From Escherichia coli (lineage in GTDB: Bacteria > Pseudomonadota > Gammaproteobacteria > Enterobacterales > Enterobacteriaceae): a stretch of DNA of 64,000 nt. A program made the translations under genes and the position numbers. The stretch's first letter is position 1, and every line of letters begins with the position of its first letter. The notes under the pieces were generated by a model. The model did not search any database and had not been told where the DNA came from. It saw only the letters and a list, made by a program, of their open reading frames with translations. Shown one piece after another: positions 15,214-29,148 of this stretch. The DNA lies in the NCBI RefSeq assembly GCF_013122565.1, contig NZ_CP053258.1, one strand, 5' to 3'.

Positions 15214-15579
15214 GTGGAAAAATGTGACTTTTATCACATAATAGTACTAAGTCTGAATTTTCCGGGTTATCTCAAAATGGAATACGGTTCGACAAAGATG
15301 GAAGAGAGACTCTCTCGCAGCCCTGGCGGCAAATTGGCTTTGTGGGCTTTCTATACATGGTGTGGCTATTTCGTCTGGGCAATGGCGCGTTACATCTGGG
15401 TGATGAGCCGGATCCCCGATGCCCCGGTGTCGGGATTTGAAAGCGATTTAGGATCTACCGCGGGAAAGTGGTTAGGGGCACTGGTCGGATTTTTATTTAT
15501 GGCTCTGGTCGGGGCATTGTTAGGCAGCATTGCCTGGTACACCCGACCTCGTCCCGCACGTAGCAGACGCTATGAATAA
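15214..15579 (+). CDS. yedR: Inner membrane protein YedR
   Basis: ORF 15196..15579; a GTG at 15214 gives the 121 aa I recall. Alternative ATG starts at 15277 (MEYGSTK) and 15298 (MEERL) lie downstream of the CRP palindrome and may be the true start. Confidence 0.65.
   Translation: MEKCDFYHIIVLSLNFPGYLKMEYGSTKMEERLSRSPGGKLALWAFYTWCGYFVWAMARYIWVMSRIPDAPVSGFESDLGSTAGKWLGALVGFLFMALVGALLGSIAWYTRPRPARSRRYE
15223..15238. promoter_or_regulatory. CRP-type palindrome TGTGA-N6-TCACA
   Basis: TGTGACTTTTATCACA read directly; perfect match to both CRP half-sites. Confidence 0.45.
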
Positions 15580-15618
15580 AAACTGCTAAGGTTGCGACTC
15601 TTTGGCAACGGAGCGCGT

Positions 15619-16314
15619 ATGGACTTACAACACTGGCAGGCAGAGTTCGAAAACTGGTTGAAAAACCATCATCAGCACCAGGACGCGGCCCATGACGTGT
15701 GTCATTTTCGCCGCGTCTGGGCTACGGCACAGAAGCTGGCGGCAGATGATGATGTCGATATGCTGGTGATTTTAACCGCCTGTTATTTTCACGATATTGT
15801 GAGCCTGGCGAAAAATCATCCGCAGCGGCAGCGTTCTTCAATCCTGGCGGCAGAAGAGACGCGTCGCCTGCTCCGTGAAGAGTTCGTGCAATTTCCGGCG
15901 GAGAAAATTGAGGCCGTTTGTCATGCCATTGCCGCTCACAGTTTCAGCGCGCAAATCGCCCCCTTAACCACGGAAGCTAAAATTGTCCAGGATGCGGATC
16001 GGCTGGAAGCCCTGGGGGCGATTGGCCTGGTGCGCGTGTTTGCCGTTTCAGGGGCATTGGGCGTGGCGCTGTTTGATGGCGAAGATCCGTTCGCACAGTA
16101 TCGCCCGCTTGATGATAAACGCTACGCGCTGGATCATTTCCAGACTAAGTTGCTGAAGCTACCGCAAACCATGCAAACCGTAAGAGGCAAGCAGCTGGCG
16201 CAGCACAACGCGCAATTTTTAGTCGAGTTTATGGCGAAGCTCAGTGCCGAACTGGCGGGGGAGAATGAAGGTGTCGATCACAAGGTGATAGATGCGTTTT
16301 CACCCGCGGGCTGA
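15619..16314 (+). CDS. yedJ: HD-domain phosphohydrolase YedJ (231 aa)
   Basis: ORF 15592..16314 contains [22 protein letters not shown]...; start set at ATG 15619. Confidence 0.85.
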   Translation: MDLQHWQAEFENWLKNHHQHQDAAHDVCHFRRVWATAQKLAADDDVDMLVILTACYFHDIVSLAKNHPQRQRSSILAAEETRRLLREEFVQFPAEKIEAVCHAIAAHSFSAQIAPLTTEAKIVQDADRLEALGAIGLVRVFAVSGALGVALFDGEDPFAQYRPLDDKRYALDHFQTKLLKLPQTMQTVRGKQLAQHNAQFLVEFMAKLSAELAGENEGVDHKVIDAFSPAG

Positions 16315-16380
16315 GCGCGTGGCCCTAAATGGCTGTAATTATGTTAACCTGTCGACCATCTCAGATGGCCGGTTAAATCT

Positions 16381-17799
16381 ATGCAGGAAAATATATCAGT
16401 AACCGATTCATACAGCACCGGGAATGCCGCACAGGCAATGCTGGAGAAACTGCTGCAAATTTATGATGTTAAAACGCTGGTGGCGCAGCTTAATGGTGTG
16501 GGTGAGAATCACTGGAGCGCGGCAATTTTAAAACGTGCACTGGCGAATGACTCGGCATGGCACCGTTTAAGTGAGAAAGAGTTCGCCCATCTGCAAACGT
16601 TATTACCCAAACCACCGGCACATCATCCGCATTATGCGTTTCGCTTTATCGATCTATTCGCCGGAATTGGCGGCATCCGTCGCGGTTTTGAATCGATTGG
16701 CGGACAGTGCGTGTTTACCAGCGAATGGAACAAACATGCGGTACGCACTTATAAAGCCAACCATTATTGCGACCCGGCGACGCATCATTTTAATGAAGAT
16801 ATCCGCGACATCACCCTCAGCCATAAAGAAGGCGTGAGTGATGAGGCGGCGGTGGAACATATTCGTCAACACATTCCTGAACACGATGTTTTACTGGCCG
16901 GTTTCCCTTGTCAGCCATTTTCGCTGGCTGGCGTATCGAAAAAGAACTCGCTCGGGCGGGCGCACGGTTTTGCCTGCGATACTCAGGGCACGTTGTTCTT
17001 TGATGTGGTGCGCATTATCGACGCGCGTCGTCCGGCGATGTTTGTGCTCGAAAACGTCAAAAACCTGAAAAGCCACGACCAGGGTAAAACGTTCCGCATC
17101 ATCATGCAGACGCTGGACGAACTGGGCTATGACGTGGCTGATGCAGAAGATAACGGGCCGGACGATCCGAAAATCATCGACGGCAAACATTTCCTGCCGC
17201 AGCACCGTGAACGCATCGTGCTGGTGGGTTTTCGTCGCGATCTGAATCTGAAAGCCGATTTTACTCTGCGTGATATCAACGGATGTTTCCCTGCGCAGCG
17301 AGTGACGCTGGCGCAGCTGTTGGACCCGATGGTCGAGGCGAAATATATCCTGACGCCGGTACTGTGGAAGTACCTCTATCGATATGCGAAAAAACATCAG
17401 GCGCGCGGTAACGGCTTCGGTTATGGAATGGTTTATCCGAACAATCCGCAAAGCGTCACCCGTACGCTGTCTGCGCGTTATTACAAAGATGGCGCGGAAA
17501 TTTTAATCGATCGCGGATGGGATATGGCCACGGGTGAAAAAGACTTTGACGATCCGCTGAATCAGCAACATCGTCCACGTCGGTTAACGCCTCGAGAATG
17601 CGCGCGCTTAATGGGTTTTGAAGCGCCGGGAGAAGCGAAATTCCGCATTCCGGTTTCGGACACTCAGGCCTATCGCCAGTTCGGTAACTCGGTGGTCGTG
17701 CCGGTCTTTGCCGCGGTGGCAAAACTGCTTGAGCCAAAAATCAAACAGGCGGTGGCGTTGCGTCAGCAAGAGGCACAACATGGTCGACGTTCACGATAA
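16381..17799 (+). CDS. dcm: DNA-cytosine methyltransferase Dcm
   Basis: 472-aa ORF with C5-MTase motifs [14 protein letters not shown] and ENV. Confidence 0.93.
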   Translation: MQENISVTDSYSTGNAAQAMLEKLLQIYDVKTLVAQLNGVGENHWSAAILKRALANDSAWHRLSEKEFAHLQTLLPKPPAHHPHYAFRFIDLFAGIGGIRRGFESIGGQCVFTSEWNKHAVRTYKANHYCDPATHHFNEDIRDITLSHKEGVSDEAAVEHIRQHIPEHDVLLAGFPCQPFSLAGVSKKNSLGRAHGFACDTQGTLFFDVVRIIDARRPAMFVLENVKNLKSHDQGKTFRIIMQTLDELGYDVADAEDNGPDDPKIIDGKHFLPQHRERIVLVGFRRDLNLKADFTLRDINGCFPAQRVTLAQLLDPMVEAKYILTPVLWKYLYRYAKKHQARGNGFGYGMVYPNNPQSVTRTLSARYYKDGAEILIDRGWDMATGEKDFDDPLNQQHRPRRLTPRECARLMGFEAPGEAKFRIPVSDTQAYRQFGNSVVVPVFAAVAKLLEPKIKQAVALRQQEAQHGRRSR

Positions 17800-18250
17800 G
17801 GCCACCCGCAGCAAAAATATGCGCGCGATTGCCACGCGTGATACGGCGATTGAGAAGCGCCTCGCCAGTATGTTAACCGGGCAGGGCCTGGCGTTTCGCG
17901 TTCAGGACGCCAGTCTGCCCGGACGCCCGGATTTTGTCGTTGATGAATATCGCTGCGTGATATTTACCCACGGCTGCTTCTGGCACCATCATCACTGCTA
18001 TCTGTTTAAAGTGCCTGCGACTCGAACCGAGTTCTGGCTGGAGAAGATAGGTAAAAATGTTGAGCGAGATCGCCGCGATATCAGTCGCTTGCAGGAACTC
18101 GGCTGGCGCGTATTGATTGTCTGGGAGTGTGCATTACGTGGGCGCGAGAAGCTGACGGATGAAGCGCTTAGCGAGCGTCTGGAAGAGTGGATCTGCGGCG
18201 AAGGTGCCAGCGCGCAGATCGACACGCAGGGGATTCATTTACTCGCTTGA
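17780..18250 (+). CDS. vsr: Very-short-patch repair endonuclease Vsr (156 aa)
   Basis: ATG at 17780 inside the dcm 3' end, different frame; [28 protein letters not shown]... Confidence 0.9.
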   Translation: MVDVHDKATRSKNMRAIATRDTAIEKRLASMLTGQGLAFRVQDASLPGRPDFVVDEYRCVIFTHGCFWHHHHCYLFKVPATRTEFWLEKIGKNVERDRRDISRLQELGWRVLIVWECALRGREKLTDEALSERLEEWICGEGASAQIDTQGIHLLA

Positions 18251-19159
18251 TGCGTCCTGAATAACTGGCGCAACTACGGGTTTTGCCGGGAAGAGATATT
18301 TTCCCAACGTGACCAGTACCACCGCGAAGACAATTACGCCGAGCGCCAGCCATTCAATCTTCGACAGCGTTTCTCCGCCCAGTCCCGTACCCAGCAAGAC
18401 CGCGACCACCGGGTTAACGTAGGCGTAGCTGGTGGCGAGAGCCGGACTGACGTTGCGGATTAAATACATATAAGCGTTGATGGCGATAATCGAACCAAAC
18501 AGCGCCAGATAGCCGACCGCAAGGAAGCCTGAAAGGGAAGGGAGCGCCGTCAGTTTTTCACCCGCAATCATCGACGCGATCATTAACACCATGCCTGCCG
18601 CCAGCATCTCAATCGCACCCGCCATCATCCCTACAGGTAAGGTAATGCGCGAGCCATAAACCGAGCCAAACGCCCAGCTAATCGAGCCGATTAAAATCAG
18701 AATCGCGCCCCACGGATTGCCGCTTAAATTTCCACCGCTATTGAGCATGATGATTCCGGCAAGCCCAATGGCGATACCCACCCATTCCAGTTTGCGCGTT
18801 TTAATGCCAAACAGGCGGCTGAAGCACAGGGTAAAGAGGGGCACGGTTGCAACCACAACGGCGGCGATGCCGGAAGGAACATTTTGATGTTCGGCAACCG
18901 TCACCATGCCATTACCGACAGCCAGCAATAACAGGCCAATCAGCGCGGCATTGAGCAGCGGACGTAGCGGGGGGAGCTTGTGTCCGCGTAGTAGCAAAAA
19001 TGCCAGCAATAAAATACCGGCTGCCAGGAATCGAACGCCCGCCATCATTAACGGAGGCCAGCTTTCCACGCCAATCCGAATGACAAAATAGGTTGAGCCC
19101 CAAATGATATACAACGCAAACAGCGCGCCAAAAAGCGGTAACAACTGGCGGAAACGCAT
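18239..19159 (-). CDS. yedA: EamA/DMT-family transporter YedA
   Basis: 306-aa hydrophobic ORF MRFRQLLPLFGALFALYIIWGSTYF... Confidence 0.88.
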   Translation of the reverse strand: MRFRQLLPLFGALFALYIIWGSTYFVIRIGVESWPPLMMAGVRFLAAGILLLAFLLLRGHKLPPLRPLLNAALIGLLLLAVGNGMVTVAEHQNVPSGIAAVVVATVPLFTLCFSRLFGIKTRKLEWVGIAIGLAGIIMLNSGGNLSGNPWGAILILIGSISWAFGSVYGSRITLPVGMMAGAIEMLAAGMVLMIASMIAGEKLTALPSLSGFLAVGYLALFGSIIAINAYMYLIRNVSPALATSYAYVNPVVAVLLGTGLGGETLSKIEWLALGVIVFAVVLVTLGKYLFPAKPVVAPVIQDASSE

Positions 19160-19331
19160 AATCCCTCACGGTGGAAATAAAAAGGTGGTTCATAGTAAAC
19201 GTGAAAATCATTCTGCTGGCGAGAGATATAATTGCACTTGATTGTTAAAAAAATGTTGACCTGTGAAGCAAGTATCAGAGCTGCCGTTTTTGCTTCATAC
19301 TTACACCCTTCAACAATAAAAATGAGAGGGA

Positions 19332-20249
19332 ATGCTTTTGGCCGGGAGTAGTTTACTGACGTTGCTCGATGATATCGCCACACTGCTGGACGATATCTCC
19401 GTGATGGGCAAACTGGCGGCGAAGAAAACCGCCGGTGTATTAGGGGATGACTTATCGCTCAATGCGCAACAAGTTTCAGGCGTGCGGGCCAACCGGGAAC
19501 TTCCCGTGGTCTGGGGCGTGGCGAAAGGATCGCTGATTAATAAAGTGATTCTGGTGCCGCTGGCGCTGATCATCAGTGCGTTTATCCCGTGGGCGATTAC
19601 GCCTCTGTTGATGATTGGTGGCGCGTTTCTCTGCTTTGAAGGGGTAGAGAAAGTGCTGCATATGCTGGAGGCGCGTAAACATAAAGAAGATCCGGCGCAG
19701 AGTCAGCAGCGTCTTGAGAAGCTGGCGGCGCAGGATCCGCTGAAGTTTGAAAAGGACAAAATAAAAGGGGCGATTCGTACCGATTTTATATTGTCTGCGG
19801 AAATCGTCGCCATCACGCTGGGGATTGTGGCCGAAGCGCCGTTGCTTAATCAGGTGCTGGTGCTTTCAGGCATCGCGCTGGTAGTGACCGTAGGCGTCTA
19901 CGGTCTGGTAGGGGTTATCGTTAAGATTGATGACCTGGGGTATTGGCTGGCGGAAAAATCCAGCACGCTGATGCAGGCATTAGGTAAAGGGTTATTGATC
20001 ATTGCGCCCTGGCTGATGAAAGCGTTATCGATTGTCGGCACGCTGGCGATGTTCCTCGTCGGCGGCGGGATTGTGGTACATGGTATTGCGCCGCTGCATC
20101 ACGCCATTGAACATTTCGCCGGGCAGCAAAGTGCAGTAGTGGCGATGATATTACCGACTGTTTTAAATCTGATTCTTGGATTTATCATCGGCGGCATTGT
20201 GGTGCTGGGAGTGAAAGCCGTAGCGAAAATACGCGGTCAGGCACATTAA
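19332..20249 (+). CDS. yedI: Inner membrane protein YedI (DUF808)
   Basis: 305-aa [36 protein letters not shown]... Confidence 0.88.
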   Translation: MLLAGSSLLTLLDDIATLLDDISVMGKLAAKKTAGVLGDDLSLNAQQVSGVRANRELPVVWGVAKGSLINKVILVPLALIISAFIPWAITPLLMIGGAFLCFEGVEKVLHMLEARKHKEDPAQSQQRLEKLAAQDPLKFEKDKIKGAIRTDFILSAEIVAITLGIVAEAPLLNQVLVLSGIALVVTVGVYGLVGVIVKIDDLGYWLAEKSSTLMQALGKGLLIIAPWLMKALSIVGTLAMFLVGGGIVVHGIAPLHHAIEHFAGQQSAVVAMILPTVLNLILGFIIGGIVVLGVKAVAKIRGQAH

Positions 20250-20327
20250 TACTCGCACAGGCTATTATGCAAAATTCGCCATCTTCAACTAAGGTGAACA
20301 AGTTTCACTCGAAAAAAGGAGGCGAGT

Positions 20328-20510
20328 ATGAGCTTTATGGTTAGTGAGGAAGTTACGGTTAAAGAGGGCGGCCCGCGGATGATTGTCACTGGATACTCCA
20401 GCGGTATGGTTGAGTGTCGTTGGTATGACGGTTACGGGGTCAAGCGGGAAGCTTTTCATGAAACCGAGCTTGTTCCGGGGGAGGGGAGTCGTTCTGCGGA
20501 AGAAGTTTGA
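20328..20510 (+). CDS. yodC: Small protein YodC (60 aa)
   Basis: ORF with GGAGG RBS about 8 nt upstream of ATG; MSFMVSEEVTVKEGGPRMIVTGYSSGMVECRWYDGYG... Confidence 0.8.
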   Translation: MSFMVSEEVTVKEGGPRMIVTGYSSGMVECRWYDGYGVKREAFHETELVPGEGSRSAEEV

Positions 20511-20526
20511 AAGGGTATCATAAACA

Positions 20527-20715
20527 CCCGACCGGATGTGGTGCTCACGTCGCATCCGGTCGGGTGTGCCAGTGTTTGCACTGAATTGCCTGATGCGACG
20601 CTATCGCGTCTTATCATGCCTACGTTATAAAACTATCGAAGTCTGTCGCGTCTTATCATGCCACCATTATAAAATTATCGCTGTTTTGCGGTACGCTATC
20701 GCCAGGTTATGCCAG
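20527..20715. repeat. REP/BIME-like palindromic repeat cluster
   Basis: CCCGACCGGATG...CATCCGGTCGGG palindrome, then two degenerate copies of GCCTGATGCGACGC...CGCGTCTTATCATGCC; extragenic, between yodC and dgcQ. Confidence 0.5.
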
Positions 20716-20747
20716 AATCATAAAAAAGCAGGTGGGGAGTCGTCAGG

Positions 20748-23272
<2,525 letters not shown>

Positions 23273-23451
23273 TTACCAGGATGATTCTCAAAACAGCACA
23301 AATTATCAAAGATGATTTTTTCGGGAGCGATCCCGCTGACGCCAGAGCCACCAAGGGGTGACGTGCGTCACATTTCTATTCATAAGTAGCGTTAATCATT
23401 CATATAGCGAATATTTTCTTGTCAGCGAAAAAAATTGCGGATAAGGTGATG

Positions 23452-23538
23452 AACACATCAGATTTCCTGGTGTAACGAATTTTTTAAGTGCTTCTTGCTT
23501 AAGCAAGTTTCATCCCGACCTCCTCAGGGTCGGGATTT
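23452..23538 (+). ncRNA. dsrA: DsrA small regulatory RNA
   Basis: 87-nt AACACATCAGATTTCCTGGTGTAACGAATTTTTTAAGTGCTTCTTGCTTAAGCAAGTTTCATCCCGACC(T)CCTCAGGGTCGGGATTT, with terminal hairpin and U-run. Confidence 0.9.
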
Positions 23539-23551
23539 TTTTATTGTGCAT

Positions 23552-23779
23552 TCAACGATTCACTTCAGAGACGCTGAAGTCATGAATATCCAGTTCGAAG
23601 GCATCCGCCAATTCACGCCATGTATGATATTCACGTCCATCGACGCTAACGTGTTCAGAATCATTCTGGCTGCGATGAACTTCGCTTTCGCTAATTTCAT
23701 TGATCGCCGCCAGCAGGGCATCGACATCGACGCTGACCTCACGTTTTGCGGTATCGCTGTACTCTTTTGCGGTTTTCAT
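23552..23779 (-). CDS. yodD: Stress-induced small protein YodD (75 aa)
   Basis: ORF 23552..23794 contains MKTAKEYSDTAKREVSVDVDALL...; start set at ATG 23779. Confidence 0.8.
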   Translation of the reverse strand: MKTAKEYSDTAKREVSVDVDALLAAINEISESEVHRSQNDSEHVSVDGREYHTWRELADAFELDIHDFSVSEVNR

Positions 23780-23851
23780 CATCTTTCCTCGCAACCGTTA
23801 CTCTGTTGTTGCCGCCAGTCGTTAAGTCCGCCTGGTATCTCTTAAGTATAG

Positions 23852-24130
<279 letters not shown>

Positions 24131-24173
24131 TCTTATTCAGCCTGACTGGTGGGAAACCACCAGTCAGAATGTG

Positions 24174-24797
24174 TTAGCGCATGTTGACAAAAATACCATT
24201 AGTCACATTATCCGTCAGTCGGACGACATGGTAGATAACCTGTTTATTATGCGTTTTGATCTTACGTTTAATATTACCTTTATGCGATGAAACGGTCTTG
24301 GCTTTGATATTCATTTGGTCAGAGATTTGAATCGTTCCCTGACCTGCCATCCACATTCGCAACATACTCGATTCGGTTCGGCTCAATGATAACGTCGGCA
24401 TATTTAAAAACGAGGTTATCGTTGTCTCTTTTTTCAGAATATCGCCAAGGATATCGTCGAGAGATTCCGGTTTAATCGATTTAGAACTGATCAATAAATT
24501 TTTTCTGACCAATAGATATTCATCAAAATGAACATTGGCAATTGCCATAAAAACGATAAATAACGTATTGGGATGTTGATTAATGATGTGCTTGATGCGC
24601 TGACTGTTAGAAGCATCATGGATGAAACAGTCCTCATTAATAAACACCACTGAAGGGCGCTGTGAATCACAAGCTATGGCAAGGTCATCAACGGTTTCAA
24701 TGTCGTTGATTTCTCTTTTTTTAACCCCTCTACTCAACAGATACCCGGTTAAACCTAGTCGGGTGTAACTACATAAATCCATAATAATCGTTGACAT
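24174..24797 (-). CDS. rcsA: Colanic acid capsule transcriptional co-activator RcsA (LuxR family)
   Basis: 207-aa [35 protein letters not shown]...; C-terminal LuxR-type HTH. Confidence 0.9.
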   Translation of the reverse strand: MSTIIMDLCSYTRLGLTGYLLSRGVKKREINDIETVDDLAIACDSQRPSVVFINEDCFIHDASNSQRIKHIINQHPNTLFIVFMAIANVHFDEYLLVRKNLLISSKSIKPESLDDILGDILKKETTITSFLNMPTLSLSRTESSMLRMWMAGQGTIQISDQMNIKAKTVSSHKGNIKRKIKTHNKQVIYHVVRLTDNVTNGIFVNMR

Positions 24798-25044
24798 GGC
24801 ATACCCTCACTCAATGCGTAACGATAATTCCCCTTACCTGAATATTTCATCATGACTAAACGGAACAACATGGGTCACCTAATGCGCCACTCTCGCGATT
24901 TTTCAGGCGGACTTACTATCCCGTAAAGTGTTGTATAATTTGCCTGGAATTGTCTTAAAGTAAAGTAAATGTTGCGATATGTGAGTGAGCTTAAAACAAA
25001 TATTTCGCCGCAGGAGTATCCTGGAAGATGTTCGCAGGTATTAT

Positions 25045-25061
25045 TTTTCGGATAATCCTTA
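25045..25061 (-). promoter_or_regulatory. RcsAB-box-like site upstream of rcsA
   Basis: Minus strand reads TAAGGATTATCCGAAAA, resembling the recalled RcsAB box; about 250 bp upstream of the rcsA start. Confidence 0.4.
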
Positions 25062-25086
25062 GGATAACATGATAAACGTTACGGAA

Positions 25087-25872
25087 TTATATTAATGGCA
25101 ATTCACTAATAATATCAGCCAGCAAATTAAAAATTTCACTGAATAAATGTTCGCAAAAAGGCGCAATTAACGGCATTAATGCCGCCATTAAAGAGATGCC
25201 GACAGTCAGAGTTAATGGAAATCCAATAACAAAAATGGATAATTGCGGGGCCATACGATTCAGTAAACCTAATGCCAGATTCAGGGTCAGCAGCAGAGTA
25301 ATGAGCGGTAACGCCAGCATCAGCCCGTTAAGGAAAATCAAACTCCCTGCTTTGGTGAGTGCCAGAAACGCATTGCTGTTCAACGGTTCGCCACCAATTG
25401 GCAGGGTGTGAAAGGTATCGACCAGCAGTGAAATCAACCATAAATGACCGTTAAATGTCAGGAACAGCAATAACGCCAGCATATCCATGATACGCGCTAG
25501 AACGGGCATATTGAGATGGCTGGCCGGATCGACAAACGTCGCAAATGACAGCCCCATTTGCAGACCGATAATTTCGCCAGCGGTTCGCACAGCGGCAAAG
25601 GCAAATTGCATGGTGAAACCAAGCGCAATGCCGATCAGGATCTGCTGCACGGCCAGCCACAGAGCAAAGAACGAAAAAACAGGAACATCGTTGGCAGGTA
25701 ATGATGGGGCAATAGCGAACGTGATCATCATTGCCAGACCCAGTTTTACCCGTTTCGGCACGCTGCGTTCGCTCAGAATTGGCGCGGTAGAAATGAGCGC
25801 CAGCACGCGCAGTAACGGCCAGAAGTACAGACTTAGCCAGGAAAGCCATTGATCGCTTGTCACCTGCATCAT
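25087..25872 (-). CDS. fliR: Flagellar export apparatus protein FliR
   Basis: 261-aa hydrophobic ORF, last gene of the fliL-R run. Confidence 0.9.
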   Translation of the reverse strand: MMQVTSDQWLSWLSLYFWPLLRVLALISTAPILSERSVPKRVKLGLAMMITFAIAPSLPANDVPVFSFFALWLAVQQILIGIALGFTMQFAFAAVRTAGEIIGLQMGLSFATFVDPASHLNMPVLARIMDMLALLLFLTFNGHLWLISLLVDTFHTLPIGGEPLNSNAFLALTKAGSLIFLNGLMLALPLITLLLTLNLALGLLNRMAPQLSIFVIGFPLTLTVGISLMAALMPLIAPFCEHLFSEIFNLLADIISELPLI

Positions 25873-25880
25873 TGTACGGG

Positions 25881-26150
25881 CTACCCGATGATATACGGCA
25901 GGTTAGTGAACAAGGTGCGGACGTAATCCAGCAACAGATTGAGCATCCACGGTCCGGCAATAATAATGGCAATAAATACGGCGATGATTTTTGGAATAAA
26001 CGACAGCGTCATTTCGTTAATCTGCGTGGCGGCCTGCAAAATACTGATGATAAGACCCGTGACCAGCGCCACCAGCAACAGCGGGGCAGCCAGTGCCAGC
26101 GCGACTTTCATCGCTTCAGTCCCCATCATCATGACCGATTCAGGTGTCAT
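25881..26150 (-). CDS. fliQ: Flagellar export apparatus protein FliQ
   Basis: 89-aa [33 protein letters not shown]... Confidence 0.9.
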   Translation of the reverse strand: MTPESVMMMGTEAMKVALALAAPLLLVALVTGLIISILQAATQINEMTLSFIPKIIAVFIAIIIAGPWMLNLLLDYVRTLFTNLPYIIG

Positions 26151-26159
26151 TTTGCCTCT

Positions 26160-26897
26160 CTAGCTGTAAAAGCTCTGCGCCAGCGAACCGACCAGCAATT
26201 GCCAACCATCCACCAGTACAAACAGCATCAGTTTAAAGGGCAGAGCAATGGTGGCTGGGGGAACCATCATCATCCCCAATGCCATCAACACGCTGGCAAT
26301 CACCAGGTCGATAATCAAAAAAGGAATGAAAATCGTGAAGCCTATCTGAAATGCGGTTTTCAACTCGCTGGTCACGTAGGCCGGGAGCAAAATGCGCATC
26401 GGCACGGCTTCAGGTCCCTGCAACGGGCCGGTATTCGCCAGTCTGGCAAACAACCCTAAATCTGCCTCACGGGTCTGACGCAGCATAAACTCACGCAGCG
26501 GCTGCGCCCCTTTTTCCAGCGCCTCCTGCATTGATATTTTCTCTTCACTGAATGGCTGGTACGCATCGACATAAATTTTGTCGATCACTGGCGACATAAT
26601 AAAAAAGGTCAAAAACAGTGCCAGCCCCAGCAATACCTGGTTAGGTGGCGCGGAGGGTGTTCCCAGTGCGTTACGCAATAAACCAAAAACAATGATGATG
26701 CGGGTGAAACTGGTCATCATCAGTAAAATTGCCGGAATAAACGTCAACGAGGTGATGAACACCAGCGTCTGCACCGGGAGCGACCAGCTTTGTCCACCGC
26801 CAAGCAGCGGCTGGCTGGTGATACCCGGCAGTTGCGCGAAGGCGAGGGGCGTAATCAGCCAGAGAAGGACAGGTGCGACAGACAATAAACGACGCAT
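26160..26897 (-). CDS. fliP: Flagellar export apparatus protein FliP
   Basis: 245-aa ORF; start overlaps fliO stop (ATGA). Confidence 0.9.
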   Translation of the reverse strand: MRRLLSVAPVLLWLITPLAFAQLPGITSQPLLGGGQSWSLPVQTLVFITSLTFIPAILLMMTSFTRIIIVFGLLRNALGTPSAPPNQVLLGLALFLTFFIMSPVIDKIYVDAYQPFSEEKISMQEALEKGAQPLREFMLRQTREADLGLFARLANTGPLQGPEAVPMRILLPAYVTSELKTAFQIGFTIFIPFLIIDLVIASVLMALGMMMVPPATIALPFKLMLFVLVDGWQLLVGSLAQSFYS

Positions 26898-27262
26898 CAG
26901 GATCTCCCACTACGCTTAAGCAAATTTTTCATGACCGACTGAAAATCGGTCTGCGGTATCTCTTCTGTTGGTGCTGAAGGGGGAAGTTTATGCAGCAGAT
27001 TGATTTGCCCTGCGGTAACGCCGAGCACCAGCCGTGCATCTTCCACATCGACCACCACGACCCGTTCACGCGCGCCCAGCGAAGTACTGGCACTAATTTT
27101 CAGACCGTTAACGCCAGTGCGTTTAGGGGCAAATCCCAGCCGTTTTACCAGCCAGGCAGCAGCGAGGATCAGGGCAATAATGGCGATGAGTGCGCCGCTC
27201 ACCTGCAGCAGTGGCGCAGCAGAAACCGGCGCGGAAGATTGCACAGTAGCGTGGTTATTCAT
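26897..27262 (-). CDS. fliO: Flagellar export apparatus protein FliO (121 aa)
   Basis: ORF 26897..27265 begins with GTG then ATG; ATG at 27262 gives [20 protein letters not shown]... Confidence 0.85.
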   Translation of the reverse strand: MNNHATVQSSAPVSAAPLLQVSGALIAIIALILAAAWLVKRLGFAPKRTGVNGLKISASTSLGARERVVVVDVEDARLVLGVTAGQINLLHKLPPSAPTEEIPQTDFQSVMKNLLKRSGRS

Positions 27263-27264
27263 CA

Positions 27265-27678
27265 CTAACGGCTCAGGCGGCGCATTCGCTCAGACGGAGT
27301 AATGATATCGGTGATCCGCACGCCATATTTATCGGCAACGACCACCACTTCGCCCTGGGCGATTAAATAACCGTTGATCAGAATATCCAGTGGTTCGCCC
27401 GCCAGACCGTCCAGCGCCACGACGGACCCTTGCGTCAGACGCAACAGCTCTTTGATGGTCATCCGCGTACGGCCCAGTTCGACGGTCAGCTTGACCGGAA
27501 TATCCATAATCAGGTCGATATCCTGCAACGTTCCGCTGACATCACCACCGCCAAATTGCTGGAACACCGCGTCGGCAGCGCTTTTGCTACTGGTTGATTT
27601 TTGTTCGCTCAACGCTTCAGCCCACAGATCGTCCATTGCGCCGTTGTTGTCATCGGCCGGATTATTCATGTCACTCAT
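27265..27678 (-). CDS. fliN: Flagellar motor switch protein FliN
   Basis: 137-aa ORF MSDMNNPADDNNGAMDDLWAEAL... Confidence 0.9.
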   Translation of the reverse strand: MSDMNNPADDNNGAMDDLWAEALSEQKSTSSKSAADAVFQQFGGGDVSGTLQDIDLIMDIPVKLTVELGRTRMTIKELLRLTQGSVVALDGLAGEPLDILINGYLIAQGEVVVVADKYGVRITDIITPSERMRRLSR

Positions 27679-28679
27679 TTGGGCTGTTCCTCGTTCAGAG
27701 AATTTAAAATCGGGTTAATCAAATGTTCTATCCGTAACGCATACTGACCGTTGAGGGTGCCGTACTGACTGGTCAGTACCGGAACGCCGTCAACATGAGC
27801 GATGATGCGATCGGGTTTTTCTATCGGCAGGACGTCACCGGGTTTCAGTTTTAAAATCTGCGACAGGCGTAGCGAGATATCGGCAAAGTTGGCGACCAGC
27901 TCCAGCTGTGAATGCTGCACCTGGCGCACCAGGTTATCGCGCCAGTTCTGATCTTCATTACGCGAGTTTTCCAGCGGCGGGTTAACCAACAATTCCCGTA
28001 GCGGCTCGATCATGCTGAAAGGCAGGCAGATATTAAATTCGCCGGTCAGGTTGCCAATCTCCACATGGAACGGCGTGTTAACCACAATGTCGTTCGGCGA
28101 GGTGGTGATATTGGTAAATTTCACCTGCATTTCCGAACGCACGTACTCAACTTCCAGCGGATTAATCGCCTTCCAGGCGTCGCTATAGCCTTCAAGCGCC
28201 AGCTTTAACATGCGGTTGATGACGCGCTGTTCGGTATGGGTAAACTCGCGACCTTCCACTTTGGTCGGGAAGCGTCCATCGCCGCCAAACAGGTTATCCA
28301 CGGCGATAAACACCAGACTCGGCGAGAATACCACCAGCCCTGTGCCGCGCAGCGGTTTCAGATGGATAAGGTTCAGGTTGGTCGGCACCGGCAGGTTGCG
28401 GGCAAATTCATGGTACGGCTGAATGCGGATGGCCCCGACGGTTATATCCGGGCTACGACGCAGCAGGTTGAACAGCCCCATACGAAAATGGCGGGCAAAG
28501 CGCTCATTAATGATTTCCAGCGCCTGCAAACGTTCGCGCACAACCCGTCGTTGGGTATTCGGATCGTACGGACGAATGTCACTTTCGCCGCTAACACTGG
28601 CTGTCGGTTCGTCTTTGACTTCGCTGTCACCATTCAACAGCGCATCAATTTCAGCTTGAGAAAGAATACTATCGCCCAT
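27675..28679 (-). CDS. fliM: Flagellar motor switch protein FliM (334 aa)
   Basis: ORF 27675..28781 contains MGDSILSQAEIDALLNGDSEVKDE...; start set at ATG 28679. Confidence 0.9.
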   Translation of the reverse strand: MGDSILSQAEIDALLNGDSEVKDEPTASVSGESDIRPYDPNTQRRVVRERLQALEIINERFARHFRMGLFNLLRRSPDITVGAIRIQPYHEFARNLPVPTNLNLIHLKPLRGTGLVVFSPSLVFIAVDNLFGGDGRFPTKVEGREFTHTEQRVINRMLKLALEGYSDAWKAINPLEVEYVRSEMQVKFTNITTSPNDIVVNTPFHVEIGNLTGEFNICLPFSMIEPLRELLVNPPLENSRNEDQNWRDNLVRQVQHSQLELVANFADISLRLSQILKLKPGDVLPIEKPDRIIAHVDGVPVLTSQYGTLNGQYALRIEHLINPILNSLNEEQPK

Positions 28680-28683
28680 GTCG

Positions 28684-29148
28684 TTATCGCAGAATAAAAG
28701 CGGTATACAGCACGTCGGTGACATCCTGTTTCGGTTGCCCGGCAACAAGCGGGGTGGAAAGCGTGGTTTTAATCTCGGCAATCAGGTTTTTCTTGCCTTC
28801 TTCTGTCGCCAGTACGGCAGCATCCTGACGCGAAAACAGTAACAGCAAACGGCTACGGACTTCCGGCAAATACTCACTCAGCCGCGAGCGGGTAGCTTCA
28901 TCTTTCAGGCGCAGGGTTATGCCGATATAAAGCACGCGATCCGCATCGCCCAAATTGACCGTGAAGGTATCCAGCGCATAGAAGACCGGTGAGGGCACGA
29001 CGCGTTGCTGCGCTTTGTCGTCAGCGGCAACCTGATGCGAATGCCAGTAGCTGTAACCTGCGCTGGCACAGGCCGCGAGGGTAATGAATACCAGAATCGG
29101 GATCCAAAGCGATCGCTTGCTTTTCTTGCTTATCGCGTAATCAGTCAT
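28684..29148 (-). CDS. fliL: Flagellar basal-body-associated protein FliL
   Basis: 154-aa [34 protein letters not shown]... Confidence 0.9.
   Translation of the reverse strand: MTDYAISKKSKRSLWIPILVFITLAACASAGYSYWHSHQVAADDKAQQRVVPSPVFYALDTFTVNLGDADRVLYIGITLRLKDEATRSRLSEYLPEVRSRLLLLFSRQDAAVLATEEGKKNLIAEIKTTLSTPLVAGQPKQDVTDVLYTAFILR

Noticed and set aside
16891-17451. 186-aa minus-strand ORF inside dcm
   Set aside because: Antisense to dcm, which carries clear C5-methyltransferase motifs; Arg-rich translation typical of a GC-rich antisense frame.
20581-20715. Possible CRISPR array
   Set aside because: The repeats are palindromic REP-like units, irregularly spaced and decaying; there are only about two and a half copies and no cas genes anywhere in the window.
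25196-26459. Plus-strand ORFs (71-200 aa) across fliR/fliQ/fliP
   Set aside because: Antisense to well-conserved flagellar export genes; His/Gln/Arg-rich translations are typical of antisense frames.
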